Shown: one piece after another, positions 11,991 to 23,604 of the stretch
Layout: each line of letters opens with the position of its first letter
Numbering within the stretch: the stretch's first letter is position 1
Assembly: GCF_004010195.1 (NCBI RefSeq)
Contig: NC_057718.1
Span: 84,319,586 to 84,383,585 of the forward strand
From: Chiloscyllium plagiosum
Lineage: Eukaryota
Length of the DNA stretch: 64,000 nucleotides
Direction of reading: 5' to 3'
Made by a program: the position numbers and the translations under genes
The notes under the pieces: generated by a model
The model's database searches: none
Told to the model about the DNA's origin: nothing
What the model saw: only the letters and a program-made list of their open reading frames with translations

Positions 11991-12738
11991 CAATTCCTAG
12001 CATACTTGGGACTCTTCAGTATGTGCTGTCCTATACAGACTCCTGGACATTACGGGCAGAATCCTGTAATTTTGGGGAGAGACCTGTACTGCCACTTCCA
12101 GGGGTGCCTCACTGAATCTAATGTGAAATAGGATTGGCAAAGCCAGTGGTAAGCCTTCACTTGGAACAAAGATCTCAGGGAGGGGGGTGCATAAACATCC
12201 CATCCAGTAAATACTGCCAACCAATCTTACGTGCTGCAGCACCTCATACAGATGACCGTAACTAGTGCTGAAAAAATATTAAAGAATGCAGAAGATATTG
12301 GAGCAAGTAAATGATTTTTGAGTGGAGGGGAGATTTATAGGGATTGGGGTTTATGGGCAAGGGCCAGTGATAGACCACAGGCAAGGAAATGGGAGCTAAG
12401 GTTGAGTGTGGGCACCCAGTGGACACTTCCCTGCTCTGTGTCCAATCCCTTGATCAGGCATTGACCACATCTGATCAAGGGACCACAACTATCTCCCCAG
12501 CTCCCAAACCACACAACCCCAGCTGATAAACTGTCTGTACAAGTTGATCTGTTGGATGTACCACACGGTAACAGACCTGCTTGCGGCCGGGTTAAACTGA
12601 GGATTAGTGAGCTAAGGCCCTAAAGTCTTCCCATAGTTGGCCACTTGGCTTCAAATGGCAACAAGGCAACAAATGGTCCTTTTATGTCCTGATCTTAATT
12701 CCAGTCAAAGGAAGAGGTGGCAGAGGTTTGGTTAATCC

Positions 12739-13679
12739 AGGATGGAACCATTCGCCACAGCAGATTCACCACCAACAATTAGCCATGCCCTTTGACCACC
12801 GAGGATGCTTAGCCACCGTCCATTGGCCACTGAAGATGATTCGCCACCGCAAATAAGTTTAAAATGTTAGAGAACAAGCATATCTAAACTATATAAAATT
12901 GGCATTATATTGGTTAAGGTAGTGTTTGCGCTGTTTCAGTAACAACTTATTTTCATTACAGGAGAGTTTTTTAAGCTTTTATTTCTTTTCCCATTTACCC
13001 TCAAGTCTTCAAAACGGAAACAGAAATTATTAGTAAACGTGGAAATAAGAAGTTTTACCACGATGGTTTTATATATGTTTTTGATAAACTGTCCAAGAGT
13101 GATTCAAGTATTAAGTTTTGGTGATGTGAACATTCTTATTGTGTTCTTATTAACGAATGCATAGCTGATGTCCCTCAGTCAGTCCTAGCATCTTTACCTA
13201 CGACAAGCAGCATGAAGAAAATAATTCAACGTGAAAGGAATGATAGGAGACGCAGACAATAGAATACAAACAATTGTTCTTGAATACGGTAAAAGAGATT
13301 GTTTGGAATATCTTAGAGGAATAGCGCATAACTATCAAATTAACTAAAAATTTCATTGTTTAATATTAATGTGAGATTTTACTGCCATTATAAAGATTTT
13401 AAAAATATATTTCCTTTTTCTGGTTAAAGTTTGTAACTCATTTTTATATATAAACCAATAAAATGATATTTATTTTACCTTTTTTTTAAAATATGTAGTA
13501 TGTAGTTGTATAAATAAAGGGGAATGAGAAGTATGAAAGAACAGGTGAGAGGGAAAACAATCAGTACATATATATATTTCCGGTGGTGAATAGTCTCCAG
13601 AGGTCAAACGACCCCAGTGGAGAAACGCTGGTGGAGAACTGGCAGTGGCTAATCATCAGCGGCAAGTAGTCACCAACCC
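12739..13679 (+). mobile_element. Internally deleted Mutator-like (MULE) DNA transposon of FLYWCH type
   Basis: Imperfect TIRs (AGGATGGAACCATTCGCCAC vs reverse complement GGGTTGGTGACTACTTGCCGC). Subterminal GCCAC/CACCAC motifs on the left are mirrored by GTGG motifs on the right. 9-bp TSD GGTTAATCC/AGTTAATCA. Transposase remnants at 13014-13347. Confidence 0.8.
13014..13347 (+). pseudogene. MULE transposase remnants (FLYWCH N-terminus and extreme C-terminus)
   Basis: 13014-13130 TETEIISKRGNKKFYHDGFIYVFDKLSKSDSSIKFW*CE; continuing in frame INECIADVPQSVLASLPTTSSMKKIIQRER; then in another frame 13249-13347 DADNRIQTIVLEYGKRDCLEYLRGIAHNYQIN*. Confidence 0.75.
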
Positions 13680-14186
13680 AGTTAATCACCACCTCCAGGA
13701 ATGGATAATTCTGCCATAAGTTCTGAGTTTTGCCATCAAGGGGCTGATTGAGTAGAGTCAGTGTCTACCTGTTCTGAGCAGCTGAAGAGACAACTCGAGT
13801 GCAATATATATTGTTGTTCCCCTTGGAACTTTGTGGTATTCTTGCTTACTTTTTATATGGAAGGACTACTTTGAAAAAGGCTTCCTTCCTTTAGTTTCTA
13901 ATATTTCCCTTCACTAACTTTTACTGACCTCCTCACTGAAATGCTCCAACCCAGGTAATACCCTACTGAATCTCTACTGCATCCTCTCTAGTGCAATTAC
14001 ATCCTTCCTACAGATGGTGACCAGAACTGCATGTACTACTCCAGTCATGGCCTATCTAAAATTATAGAGAGCTCCATCATAACCTCCTTGCTCTTATATT
14101 CAGTGCCTCAACCAATAAAGACAGGCATCCCACATACTTTGACCATCTTGTCACCTGTCCTGCTGCCTTCAAAGATCTATGGACAT

Positions 14187-14949
14187 TGTTGATGCTGTTA
14201 TTCTTATTGTTCTGTATTTTTGATTGTAGATTGAAATGGGAAAAGCATAGTTTTAAAACTAAGGATTTAGGAAGGAATCACTGCTCTTTTAAACAGCAAG
14301 CTGTAAGTCATGCTTACGCTGCTGCCTTGTCCAAGCAGTGGGGAAGGACTGTTTGCAGAAGCACTGGCACTGGAGGGTGTATTTTAAGTGAGATTCAGCC
14401 AGCGACAGATTGCTAATTAGTTTATGGAACTGTGAAGAATTGTGGATGACAAAGGCCATTAGACTAACAACTACCCAACTGGCTCGTGGGCAGCTGAGCA
14501 GTTTCTAGGTGGGAACAATACTGGCAGAAGCCTATGGACCTCTAGAAGGGAAGGTGGAGTGTCTGTGCAGCTTAAAAAAAGAACATTAAGTTTGAAGAAA
14601 GCCACTTTTATTCTCTCACCAATTGCTGCAAGCTATTGTTTTTAAACGAAGAGCTAAGAGACTTTGCAGTTAACTCCTGCAAAGGGGTGAAAAGGTCTAG
14701 AGAGGTTGAACAGCAGCAAGTCCTGACAAACAAAGAAAATTTCAACGAAACCTGTGGGCTACAGGCTATTAAACTGCTTTCCCAGGATTTTCCCTCCATT
14801 TTTAATAGTACTGTTTTTTAATCTGTCTATACATGTGCACTAGAGTAGCATTTTAACTGGGAGTGTTATTGAGGAATTTTGCATACTTTGATAAGTACTC
14901 CGGGAATAGCAAGGCTTGATTTCCAGTGCACTACCTCTAAGGTATAACA
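14187..14949. mobile_element. Probable solo LTR
   Basis: TGTT...AACA termini, 763 bp, interrupting CR1 sequence. Imperfect 4-bp TSD ACAT/AAAT. Confidence 0.6.
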
Positions 14950-15170
14950 AAATGCACACTAAGGTCTCTGTGATACAATTCCAATGGTGCATTCATTTTT
15001 TTCTATATACATTCACGTTCATCATACATAATCCCCCAAAAGTGCAACATCTTATACTTCAGAGAGTTAAATTTCATTTGCCACTGTTCAGCCCATCTAA
15101 CAAGCCTGTCAATGTCATTCTGTGGTCGAAGTCTTTCATCTTTGCTATTTACCACATCACTAATTTTTGT

Positions 15171-15256
15171 TAAAAATCACAACACCAGCTTATAGTCCAA
15201 CAAGTTTATTTGGAAGCACTATTTCTTCATCAGGTGGTTGTCACCTCCAAATCATG
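15171..15256 (-). mobile_element. Tiny PLE-terminus insertion (same family as 41901-42033), hammerhead partly deleted
   Basis: Reverse complement CATGATTTGGAGGTG...CCTGATGAAG--AAATAGTGCTTCCAAATAAAC. TSD ACTAATTTTTGT at 15159-15170 and 15257-15268. Confidence 0.75.
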
Positions 15257-16653
15257 ACTAATTTTTGTGTCATTTATTAAATTTATTCATCATAAATGCT
15301 GCAATCATGTAAAGATCATTAATGTACACAACAAACTGCAAGGGAGCCAGCACCGAGCACTGTCATATGCTGCTGGACACAGGCTTCCAGTCACAAAAAT
15401 AGCCATTAAACATCACCTTCTGCTTCCTGCCATTAAGCCATTTTTAGATCCAATTTGACAAACTGCCCTGGTCCCTAATGGCCTCTTAGCTTCTTAACCA
15501 GTCAGCCATTCAAATCATTATCTAAAGCATTACTGAAGTCCACGCGGGCTACATCAACTCCATTAACCCTCATCTCCACCTCAAAAATATTCAAATTTGA
15601 TACCTATGATCTCCTCTTGATAAGTCCATGATGAAAATATTAATTCTGTCCCTCAGAACTTTTTCCACTAGTTTCCTGACCTAGTCAGACTCACTTAACT
15701 GTATTTTCCTGGTTTATCCCTCTCATCCTCCTTGAATAATTAAGCCACATTAGCTGCCCTCAGTCCTTTGAGCACCACATCTGTATCTGGAGAGGATCTG
15801 AAAAATAATTCATTGTCTTCCACACCAACATGGGATATATCCCATCTGAACCTGATGATTTATCTACTTTTAAGCCTGATAAAACCATTCATGTCCCTAC
15901 CTACTAAATGCTAGTTTAAGTATATCACAGACCCCTCTTTGATTTCTATACTTACACTGTCCTTCTCTACAGATGCACAGTACTCAACTGAAACCTCACT
16001 TAAGTCTGCTGACTCCACACGAAGATGGTCAAATTGGTCCCTCACGGGCCTACTGTTTCCCTGATTATTCTCTTGCCCCTAGTATATTTTGGACTTTAAC
16101 TAGACAGTATTTTTCATTACACTCGTCCCTTAAAGTTGTCAAAACTGCATGGCTGTGTATGATGTCCGGAATCTGGATGACCTCTAAATTTGCCTAACAG
16201 GCCCACTGTTCCGTATGTCTGCCTAAGTGGTGAAAAACAAAGTGACAGGAAATAATGCAGTGAAGCCCAAACTCATTCTCAGCCACATTTCATTGAGCTC
16301 TGTGTGCCTCAGTTCCAAATGTCACATGACGTACTGGAAAAGCATGTTCTTGCACATTCCTCCCACAGAATGAATCATCTATATACACTTTAGTTTTTAG
16401 TAATTCACTACCATAATTTTACACATCACTAGTTAAAAAGCTAGGCATCTAAAAAGAATTTATAACAAGGTTTTCTTTTTAAATCAATGGCAATGGTGAA
16501 GTAGTAAACATCGAAGAAGAACATAGATCATGACAGCGCAGAACAGGCCCTTCAGCCCTTGGTTGCACTGACCTGTGAAACTAATTTAAAATCCACCTAA
16601 CCTGTGCTATTCCATTAGCATCCATATCAAACCTTAAAGTTGGTGAATCTACT

Positions 16654-16812
16654 CAAAGTTTGTGAGAAGATTTGTAGCTCAGGTGCTTGTTGTTGTGGTT
16701 CACCGAGCTGGGAATTTGTGTTGCAGACGTTTCGTCCTCAGTCTAGGTGACATCCTCAGTGCTTGGGAGCCTCCTGTGAAGCGCTTCTGTGATGTTTCCT
16801 CCGGCATTTATA
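16654..16812 (-). mobile_element. PLE terminal fragment with hammerhead
   Basis: Similar to 49184-49330. Interrupts CR1 at a short TCTACT duplication. Confidence 0.7.
16721..16763 (-). ncRNA. Hammerhead ribozyme motif
   Basis: Minus strand GCA-CTGAGGA-TGTCACCTAGACTGAGGAC-GAAAC-GTC-TGC: intact core, GTC/GAC stem II base, GCA/TGC stem I. Confidence 0.7.
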
Positions 16813-17266
16813 GTCTACTACTGTTGCAGACAGGGTGTCCCATACCCTTACTAATCTGAGTAAAGAACCTACCTCTGACATCTGTCCTATATATCACCCC
16901 TCAATTTAAAGCTATGTCCCCTCGTGCTAGCCATCACCATCCAAGAAAAAAAGGCTCTCACTGTCCACCCTATCTAATTCATCTTGTATGCCTCTATTAA
17001 TTCACCTCTCAACCTTCTTCTTTCTAACGAAAACAGCCTCAAATCCCTCAGCCTTTCCTCATTAAACCTCCATACCAGGCAACATCCTGGTAAATCTCCT
17101 CTGAACCCTTTCTAATACTTTCACATCTTTCTATAATGCAGTGACCAGAACTGTATGCAATACTCCAAGTGTGGTCGCATCAGAGTCCTGTACAGCTGAA
17201 ACATGACCTCATGGCTCCGAAATGCAATCCCTCCATCAATAAAAGCTAACACACCGTATGCGTTCT

Positions 17267-17870
17267 TGTTGGGGAAAAGTTAACATTATTTGCCTGGAAG
17301 CCATTTTCCTGATTCGGCTGAGGGTTCCATTTTGCTCCCACAGCCAGAACTTGCTGGCTATGCATTCCTTACTATGAGTTAGTGTGAAAGGTTGTCCTTA
17401 TCTTCCCTCTCAAGATAGTGTCTCCTCCCTTTGCTGAATGATCAACGCAGACTGTAGAACCAGTCAAGCTGATATAGACTTTCCAATTAGTCCCCCTTCC
17501 TCCTCTAGTTATTGCCTCTTTACGGTCATTCAGCCAGTTAAGGATATCTCTGCTTAGTATTAGCAATCTGTGTAGCTAGAGCAGGTGGTGAAACAAGTTG
17601 ATCTGTCCACTTGTGGAATGCATAACAGTGCTTTAGTTTTAACCTTAATGACTAACCTCTAATTTAATACCAACTTGTAAGCATGCCAAACTGCATAATT
17701 AACGATCAGCTCCTAGCTGTTTTCTCTATATAACCCTGTAGTACACTGATGTACTTTGGAATAACACTGGAATAACACTGAGCCACAGTTAGGATGGTGA
17801 ATTCTCCATGATATATCATTTAATAAACTAATCAGTTTGCAAAGTCCAAGTCTGAGAGTTTTCTTCAACA
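17267..17870 (+). mobile_element. Solo LTR
   Basis: TGTTG...CAACA termini, perfect 5-bp TSD GTTCT (17262-17266, 17871-17875), TATATAA near 17727, AATAAA at 17822-17827; 604 bp. Confidence 0.88.
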
Positions 17871-18464
17871 GTTCTTACAACCCTCTCAACCTGGGTGGCA
17901 CCTTTCAAGGATATATGTACCTGGACACAGATCTCTCTGCTCATCTACACTACCAAGAATCTTACCATTCACCCAGTACTCTTTATTTTCGATGTTCCTT
18001 CCTAAGTGAATAATCTCACTTTTCCACATTAAATATCATCTGCTACTTCTCAGCACAGCTCTGCAGCATCCTTCCACTGTCCAAAACTCCACCAACCTTA
18101 GTGTCATCTGCAAATTTACTAACCCATCCTTCTACGCCCTCATCCAGGTCATTTACAAAAATGGCAAACAGCAGTGACCCCAAAACAGATCCTTGCAGAA
18201 CACCACAAGTAACTGATGGGATGAACATTTCCCATCAACCACCACCCTCTGTCTTCTTTCAGCTAGCCAATTTCACCCTCAATCCCATGCCTCCATATTT
18301 TCTGCAATAGCCTACCATGGGAAATCTGATCAAATGCTTTACTGAAATCCATGTACACCGCATTAACCACTACCTTCATCCACCTTTTTGGTCACCTTCT
18401 TAAGAACTCAATAAGGTTTGTGAGGCACGACCTACCCTTCACAAAATCATGTTGACTATCCCTG

Positions 18465-18598
18465 TCTCATTCCTGATGAAGGGCTTATGCCAAAAATGAC
18501 GATTCTTCTGCTCCTTGGATGCTGCCTGACCTGCTGTGTTTTTCCAGCACCACACTCTCGACTCTGATCTCCAGCATCTGCAGTCCTCATTTCCTCCT
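18465..18598 (+). mobile_element. PLE terminal fragment with decayed hammerhead
   Basis: CTCATTCCTGATGAAGGGCTTATGCCAAAAATGACG followed by the family tail to CTGCAGTCCTCATTTCCTCCT. Confidence 0.75.
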
Positions 18599-18599
18599 A

Positions 18600-18995
18600 A
18601 AATTCAGGTTCTCACCCCCCTGCTGAATTAGTTTAAACCCTCCCGAACAGCATTAGCAGATTACACCCCCCGAGATATTGATGCCCCTCTGGTCCTTGTG
18701 CAGACCATCCCATTTGTATAGGTCCCACCTACCCCAGAATGAGCCCCAATTATCCAGGCATCCAAATCTCTCCCTCCTACAACATTCCTGTAGCCACGTG
18801 TTCAACTGCTCGCTCTCCCTATTCCTTGCCTTGCTAGCACGTGGCACGGGTAACAAACTAGAGATAACAACTCTGTTTGTTCTAATTCTAAGCTTCCACC
18901 CTAGCTCCCTAAATCTCTGCCTTACATCCCTATCCCTTTTCCTACCTATGTTGTTGGTACCCATGTGGCAATTGAAACCACTCCCTGTGCTCATC
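18600..18995 (-). mobile_element. CR1 ORF1 fragment (SGNH/GDSL esterase)
   Basis: HMGTNNIG...VVISSLLPVPRA...LNTWLQECC...WDLYKWDGLH, i.e. esterase blocks III and V. Confidence 0.85.
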
Positions 18996-18999
18996 TCAT

Positions 19000-20700
19000 A
19001 GCCCTATATCTTCCTTTGTTTGATTTACTTTTCTCATAAAAGCCACTTCACAACTTCAAATGCCCCTATGCTGAAGTAATCTGTGTCCTAATCATCCTTT
19101 GCACAAATAAATCATTCCTAACTTCTCTCCTCATTCTTCCTATGACATCTATACCCCAGAATATTAAGCAGTCAGTCCTGCATATCACTGAGCCACATCT
19201 CTGCAATAGCTTTGATGTCCCATACCCATGTTCCCAACCATGCCCTCAGTTCATACTTGTCAAGATAAACTGCACTTACTTCAATACAAGTTATTAGTTT
19301 TACCTCGTTCTCTGCCAAGCTCTCGTCTGCCTTGATGAAGAGACTTGTTCCCCTTATTTACCGTATCAGCATCAGCCTTTTCTCACTATCACTTTGGTTC
19401 CCACCACTGCATCTGCATCCCCCCCCACCTACTAGTTTAAAGCCTCTCAAGTAGCACAAGCAAATCTCCCAGCAAAAATATTGGTCCTCTTCCAATTCAG
19501 GTGGAACCCGTCCTCCTTATATAGCTCATTTCTACCCCTGAAGAAATCCCAATGATCCAATAATGTGAATCCTTGTCCCCTGCACCAGCTCCTCAGCCAC
19601 GCATTAATCTGCTCTCTCCTCGTATGCCTATTCTCACTAGCACATGGCACCGGTAGTAGACAGATATTATTACCTGCACATTCACAAATGTCATTTACTG
19701 TATCCGTTGCTCCCAATGCAGTCTCCTTTACATTGGGGAGACTGGATACCTTCTTGCAGAGCGCTTCAGGGAACATCTCTGGGACACCCGCACTAATCAA
19801 CCCCACCGCCCTGTGGCCGAACATTTCAACTTCCCCTCCCACTCTGCCAAGGACATGCAGGTCCTGGGCCTCCTCCACCGCCACTCCCTCACCACCTCAT
19901 CTTCCACCTCAGCACACTTCAATCCCAGGGCATCAATGTGGACTTCACCATTTCCTCATTTCCCCTCCCCCCATTCCCCCCCACCTTGCCACCCCATTCC
20001 AACCTGCCAGCTCAGCACCATCCTCATGACCCATCTTACCTGCCAATCTTCCTTCCCACCTGTCTGCTCCACCCTCTTCTCCGACCTATCACTTCATCCA
20101 CATCTCCATCCACCTATTGCACTCTTGGCTACCTTATCCCCAGCCCCAACCCCTCCCATTTATCTCTCCACCCCAGATGCTCCCTGCCTCATTCCTGATG
20201 AAGGGCTTTTGCCCAAAACGTCATTATCCTGCTCCTTGGTTGGCCTGGCCTGCTCTGCTCTGCTTTTCCAGCACCAGTTTAATCTTGACTCTGATCTCCA
20301 GCTTCTGCAGTCCTCATTTTCGCTCGATATTACTACCATCAAGGACCCACTTTTTAAAACCTTCTGCCTAGTTTCCTATATTGTCTCTGCAGAACCGCAT
20401 CCTTTTCCTTACCTGTGTTGTTGTCAACAGCCTGCACAACCTGCTCCTGCTGGTCACGCTCCCCTTTGAGAATATTCTTCACCCACTTCAAGACATCCTT
20501 GACCCTGCCAACAGGGAGTCAACATGCTATTCTGATGTCTCACTGATGGCCTCAGAAACCTCAGACTAGAGGACTTTCTATTACAATCGATCGCTTGGAA
20601 TCTGAAATTCCTCATGACAGCAGAGCCAATCACTACCAGAAACCTGGCTGTCAGTCTACACTCCAGAGATGCCACCCCTACTACAGGATCAGGTGGACCA
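19000..20700 (-). mobile_element. CR1 5' portion (ORF1 esterase and start of ORF2) split by a PLE
   Basis: LLPVPCASE...INAWLRSWCRGQGFTLLDHW...DGFHLN; the VVIGSAVMR block lies at 20454-20675. Confidence 0.8.
19675..20325 (+). mobile_element. PLE 3' fragment (decayed GIY-YIG plus terminal repeat with hammerhead remnant)
   Basis: Homologous to 900-1299 (CTTTACATTGGGGAGACTGG = YIGETG). CTGATGAAGGGCTTTTGCCCAAAACGTC near 20195. TSD GATATTATTACC/GATATTACTACC (19663-19674, 20326-20337). Confidence 0.85.
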
Positions 20701-21586
20701 AATAGCCTACACCTATTCCTATTCCTATTTCTTATGGTCTTAAATCACTCCTTAACGTGTATTGAATACAATTTATATCATTCATTATAATTTAATTCTT
20801 GGAGGACAGGCATCATTCTGGTAAATCTACACTGCACTACCTCCACAGCCAACATGTCTTTCTATAGGCAAGATGTCCAAAAGTGCACACACTACTCCTG
20901 GTGTGATTTAACTGTGGTTTTGTTATTGCTGAAGCATGACTTTTACCTCCTTGTATTTTAGTCCTCTAAATATAAAGGCCATCTTTGCATTAGTCTTCAT
21001 GATTATTTCAAAGCCTGTTCAGTTAGGTATTTGGACCCTACTCCTCCCTCCCACTAACATGCTCTGATTTTAATCAAAACATTTTGTAGATTTCCACTAT
21101 TTAAAAAATACCATCTTTTTATTTAGTTTGAAATGTTGCTGACCTTATGTTTGCCTATACTGAAATACATTTGCCATAGATTTACTCATTCATTCAAATG
21201 ATGAAAGTCTCATCAAAATATTTTTTTGTATTCATTCATGGAAAAAGGAACATCACTGGCAGTTTGTTACTCATCCTCAATTGCCCTTGAGAAGGTAGAA
21301 ATGAGCTGCATCCTTGAACTGCTACAGTGCACATGCTGCAGATATACCCAAAATCCTGATACGGAGGAACTTCCAGGATTTTATGCTTCTAGCAATACTG
21401 ATTACAACTCTGGACATTTTTCGTGTCATCGGCAAATGTGGATATATGGCTTTCAATTTCATCATCTAAGTCATCTAAACACCAAATAGTTCAGACCCAA
21501 GAACAGATCCTTCCAAGCCACCATTTTGTGTACTGTTAAATAAACTACCTGCCCATTATCCTTGTGGTATGTCTTCTCCTGCTCAA

Positions 21587-22270
21587 TGTTATGGAAGATG
21601 TCAAAGTGTACTGTACCTTTAAGAAAGTTGAAAGCTAACAAGGACTTAGAGAAGCACAGAGTGCTAGAGAATTTACAATGTAACTTTTGATTCAGAACAG
21701 CTAGCTCTGGCTGGGCTGCCTGGAGACAAAAACAAATTCAAATTTGGCTAATCAGTTTACATTATACCCCAAAATACCAACCTCCAATCAAGTTTGAACT
21801 TAGTATATTGACAATATTAAAAACCAATGAAACAATCGATGCTTTGGGGTATAAGTCTGGGAAAAATTGAGCAGTTGGGAGGAGAACTGTCAAGCCACCA
21901 ACATCTGCAGACTGCCAAGAGAACAGCTCTCTTAAAGGTACTGTTGTCTATCGATGACCTGTGAAACAGAAATCCTTAAAGAGAAGAAAGTCTACTGAGG
22001 AAAATACAAAGGAAAGATTCAATAGCTGCCAGGTTTTGAAATTTGAATCTTACTCAGGGGTTTTATCGGACTAGTATTATAGAAGGGAAAGTAAAAGGTT
22101 AGGAGGAGGAGTTGTAAATAGTTGTTAGCTAATTATTCTGTTTTACTTTAAGCAATAAAATTGTTATTTTTTTTCCTTAAATACTTCTTGGCCTCTTGAA
22201 GTTTCACAGAATACAATCTTTTCTGTGTTGCTGGTTTATGTTAGCAGAGGGGTTTATCAGTGTCATAACA
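21587..22270 (+). mobile_element. Solo LTR (4-bp TSD, Gypsy-like)
   Basis: TGTTATG...CATAACA 7-bp terminal inverted repeat, perfect TSD TCAA (21583-21586, 22271-22274), internal AATAAA near 22153; 684 bp. Confidence 0.85.
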
Positions 22271-23469
22271 TCAACAAAGTCCTAATCAGGTCAATAATAA
22301 TGCCTTCAATTTCATGAACTTCAACTTTAACTAATAGTCTGTTATGGGGGACTTTATCAAATACCTTTCCAGAAGATCACAAATAACATCCACAGGTAAT
22401 CCTTAGCCAGTATTTCAGCTGCCCCTTCAAAAGATCAATCAGATGTATTAGGCGTGATCTAGTCTTTGTAAAAAGCATGCCGGATCTCAGTAATCAAGTT
22501 TTCAAGGTGCCCAGAAAACCATAGTACAGAGAACTGACCCCTCACAATGTCACCAGGAAAGAATGTTAATGGCAAGCTGAACAGATGGAGAACAAGATTT
22601 GCCACCTACCAGAAGGGGGTGAGGATTGTGAAGGGATGGGTTTCAAAGGCCATACAAGTAATAAGGGAGGGATGCAATACCTTGAGTGCCCATGATGAGC
22701 CTTCCTTCCTGCGGTTTTAAACACTTTCCGAAAAGTGCAAGCTCTTCTGGCAGTGGTAGTGTCCCTCCATCCAAGCCAGGAGACCTGGGTTCAAGTCCAA
22801 GTTGCTCCAGAGGTGTGTCCTAATGTCTCTGAACAGGCTGATTAGAAAATATATACCCACTCCCACCTATCTGCCCATGCCAGGTATTACCGTGTCAGCA
22901 GAATAACACTGGGCTCAATTGAGCTTTTTTGATCTCCCCCCCTCCGCCTAAGTTCAGTTGGCCCTTAATTATTTACGTACAGGTTCCAATTTCAGTATTC
23001 ATTACCGCACCCTGTAAGAGTGAGTTTAGAAGTTGGTGGGAAGATGGTGAGCTATACACCTACCCTACTTTACTTGCCCCTCCCCCAACAGCAATCCCAA
23101 ATATGAAAATTCAGCTTGGCTAGGGGCATGGAATATCGAGCCCCAATTTCCACCCATTTCCTAACAACAGATGTTAGACTAACTGGTCTGTAATTCTCTG
23201 GTTTTCTCCACTATCTTTATCAGGCACAATTTTCCAATCTAAATAAATTGTTCTTAGGTCTACAGAGCTCTGAAAGATCAGGGCACTTGCAATGTCCTCA
23301 TCTATTTTCTTTAAAACATTAAGATGAAACCTCCTAGTATTGGATAGTTTTTGGTGCCAATATTTATCTCATTGTTACTTTGCTTAGCTTAATTATGGAG
23401 AATACTCCTGATTCAATAATTCCTAATACAGGAACCAAAATATAAATAAAATAACCTGCATATTCTTAC

Positions 23470-23551
23470 CAGTTGGAATTGATGTTTTATCGACCGGCAG
23501 GTAGTTCTCTGCTTCTATAGAAACCTCATGATCATAAATATTAGGGAATCC
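23470..23551 (-). CDS. GALM: Galactose mutarotase coding exon 4
   Basis: Hand-translated GFPNIYDHEVSIEAENYLPVDKTSIPT(G), matching the YLPVD..IPTG motif. Acceptor ATTTAG, donor GTAAGA, 82 nt. Not in the ORF track. Confidence 0.95.
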
Positions 23552-23604
23552 CTAAATGGAGAAAGGAAAAAGTGAAAATTCTGATGTTAGAATATCTTCC
23601 TTAA

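Larger units (their letters stand above)
12054..13716. mobile_element. Old non-autonomous TIR element (PIF/Harbinger-like) interrupted by the MULE
   Basis: Inverted termini GGGCAGAAT...ATTCTGCCA, flanked by TAC / TAA (imperfect 3-bp TSD). Confidence 0.4.
13930..16100 (-). mobile_element. Old CR1 fragment hosting a solo LTR and a PLE end
   Basis: Nucleotide similarity to other CR1 copies (GGTGACCAGAACTGCA..TACTCCA; GAGCCAGCACCGAGCAC). The CR1 reads contiguously across the inserts. Confidence 0.65.
16515..18465 (-). mobile_element. CR1 LINE 3' portion with nested PLE end and solo LTR
   Basis: [36 protein letters not shown] at 18043-18228; CR1 tail near 16515. Confidence 0.88.

Noticed and set aside
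12745..12850. Periodic GCCAC-containing motifs as a CRISPR-like or tandem array
   Set aside because: Eukaryotic context, and they are better explained as MULE subterminal repeats mirrored at 13580-13679.
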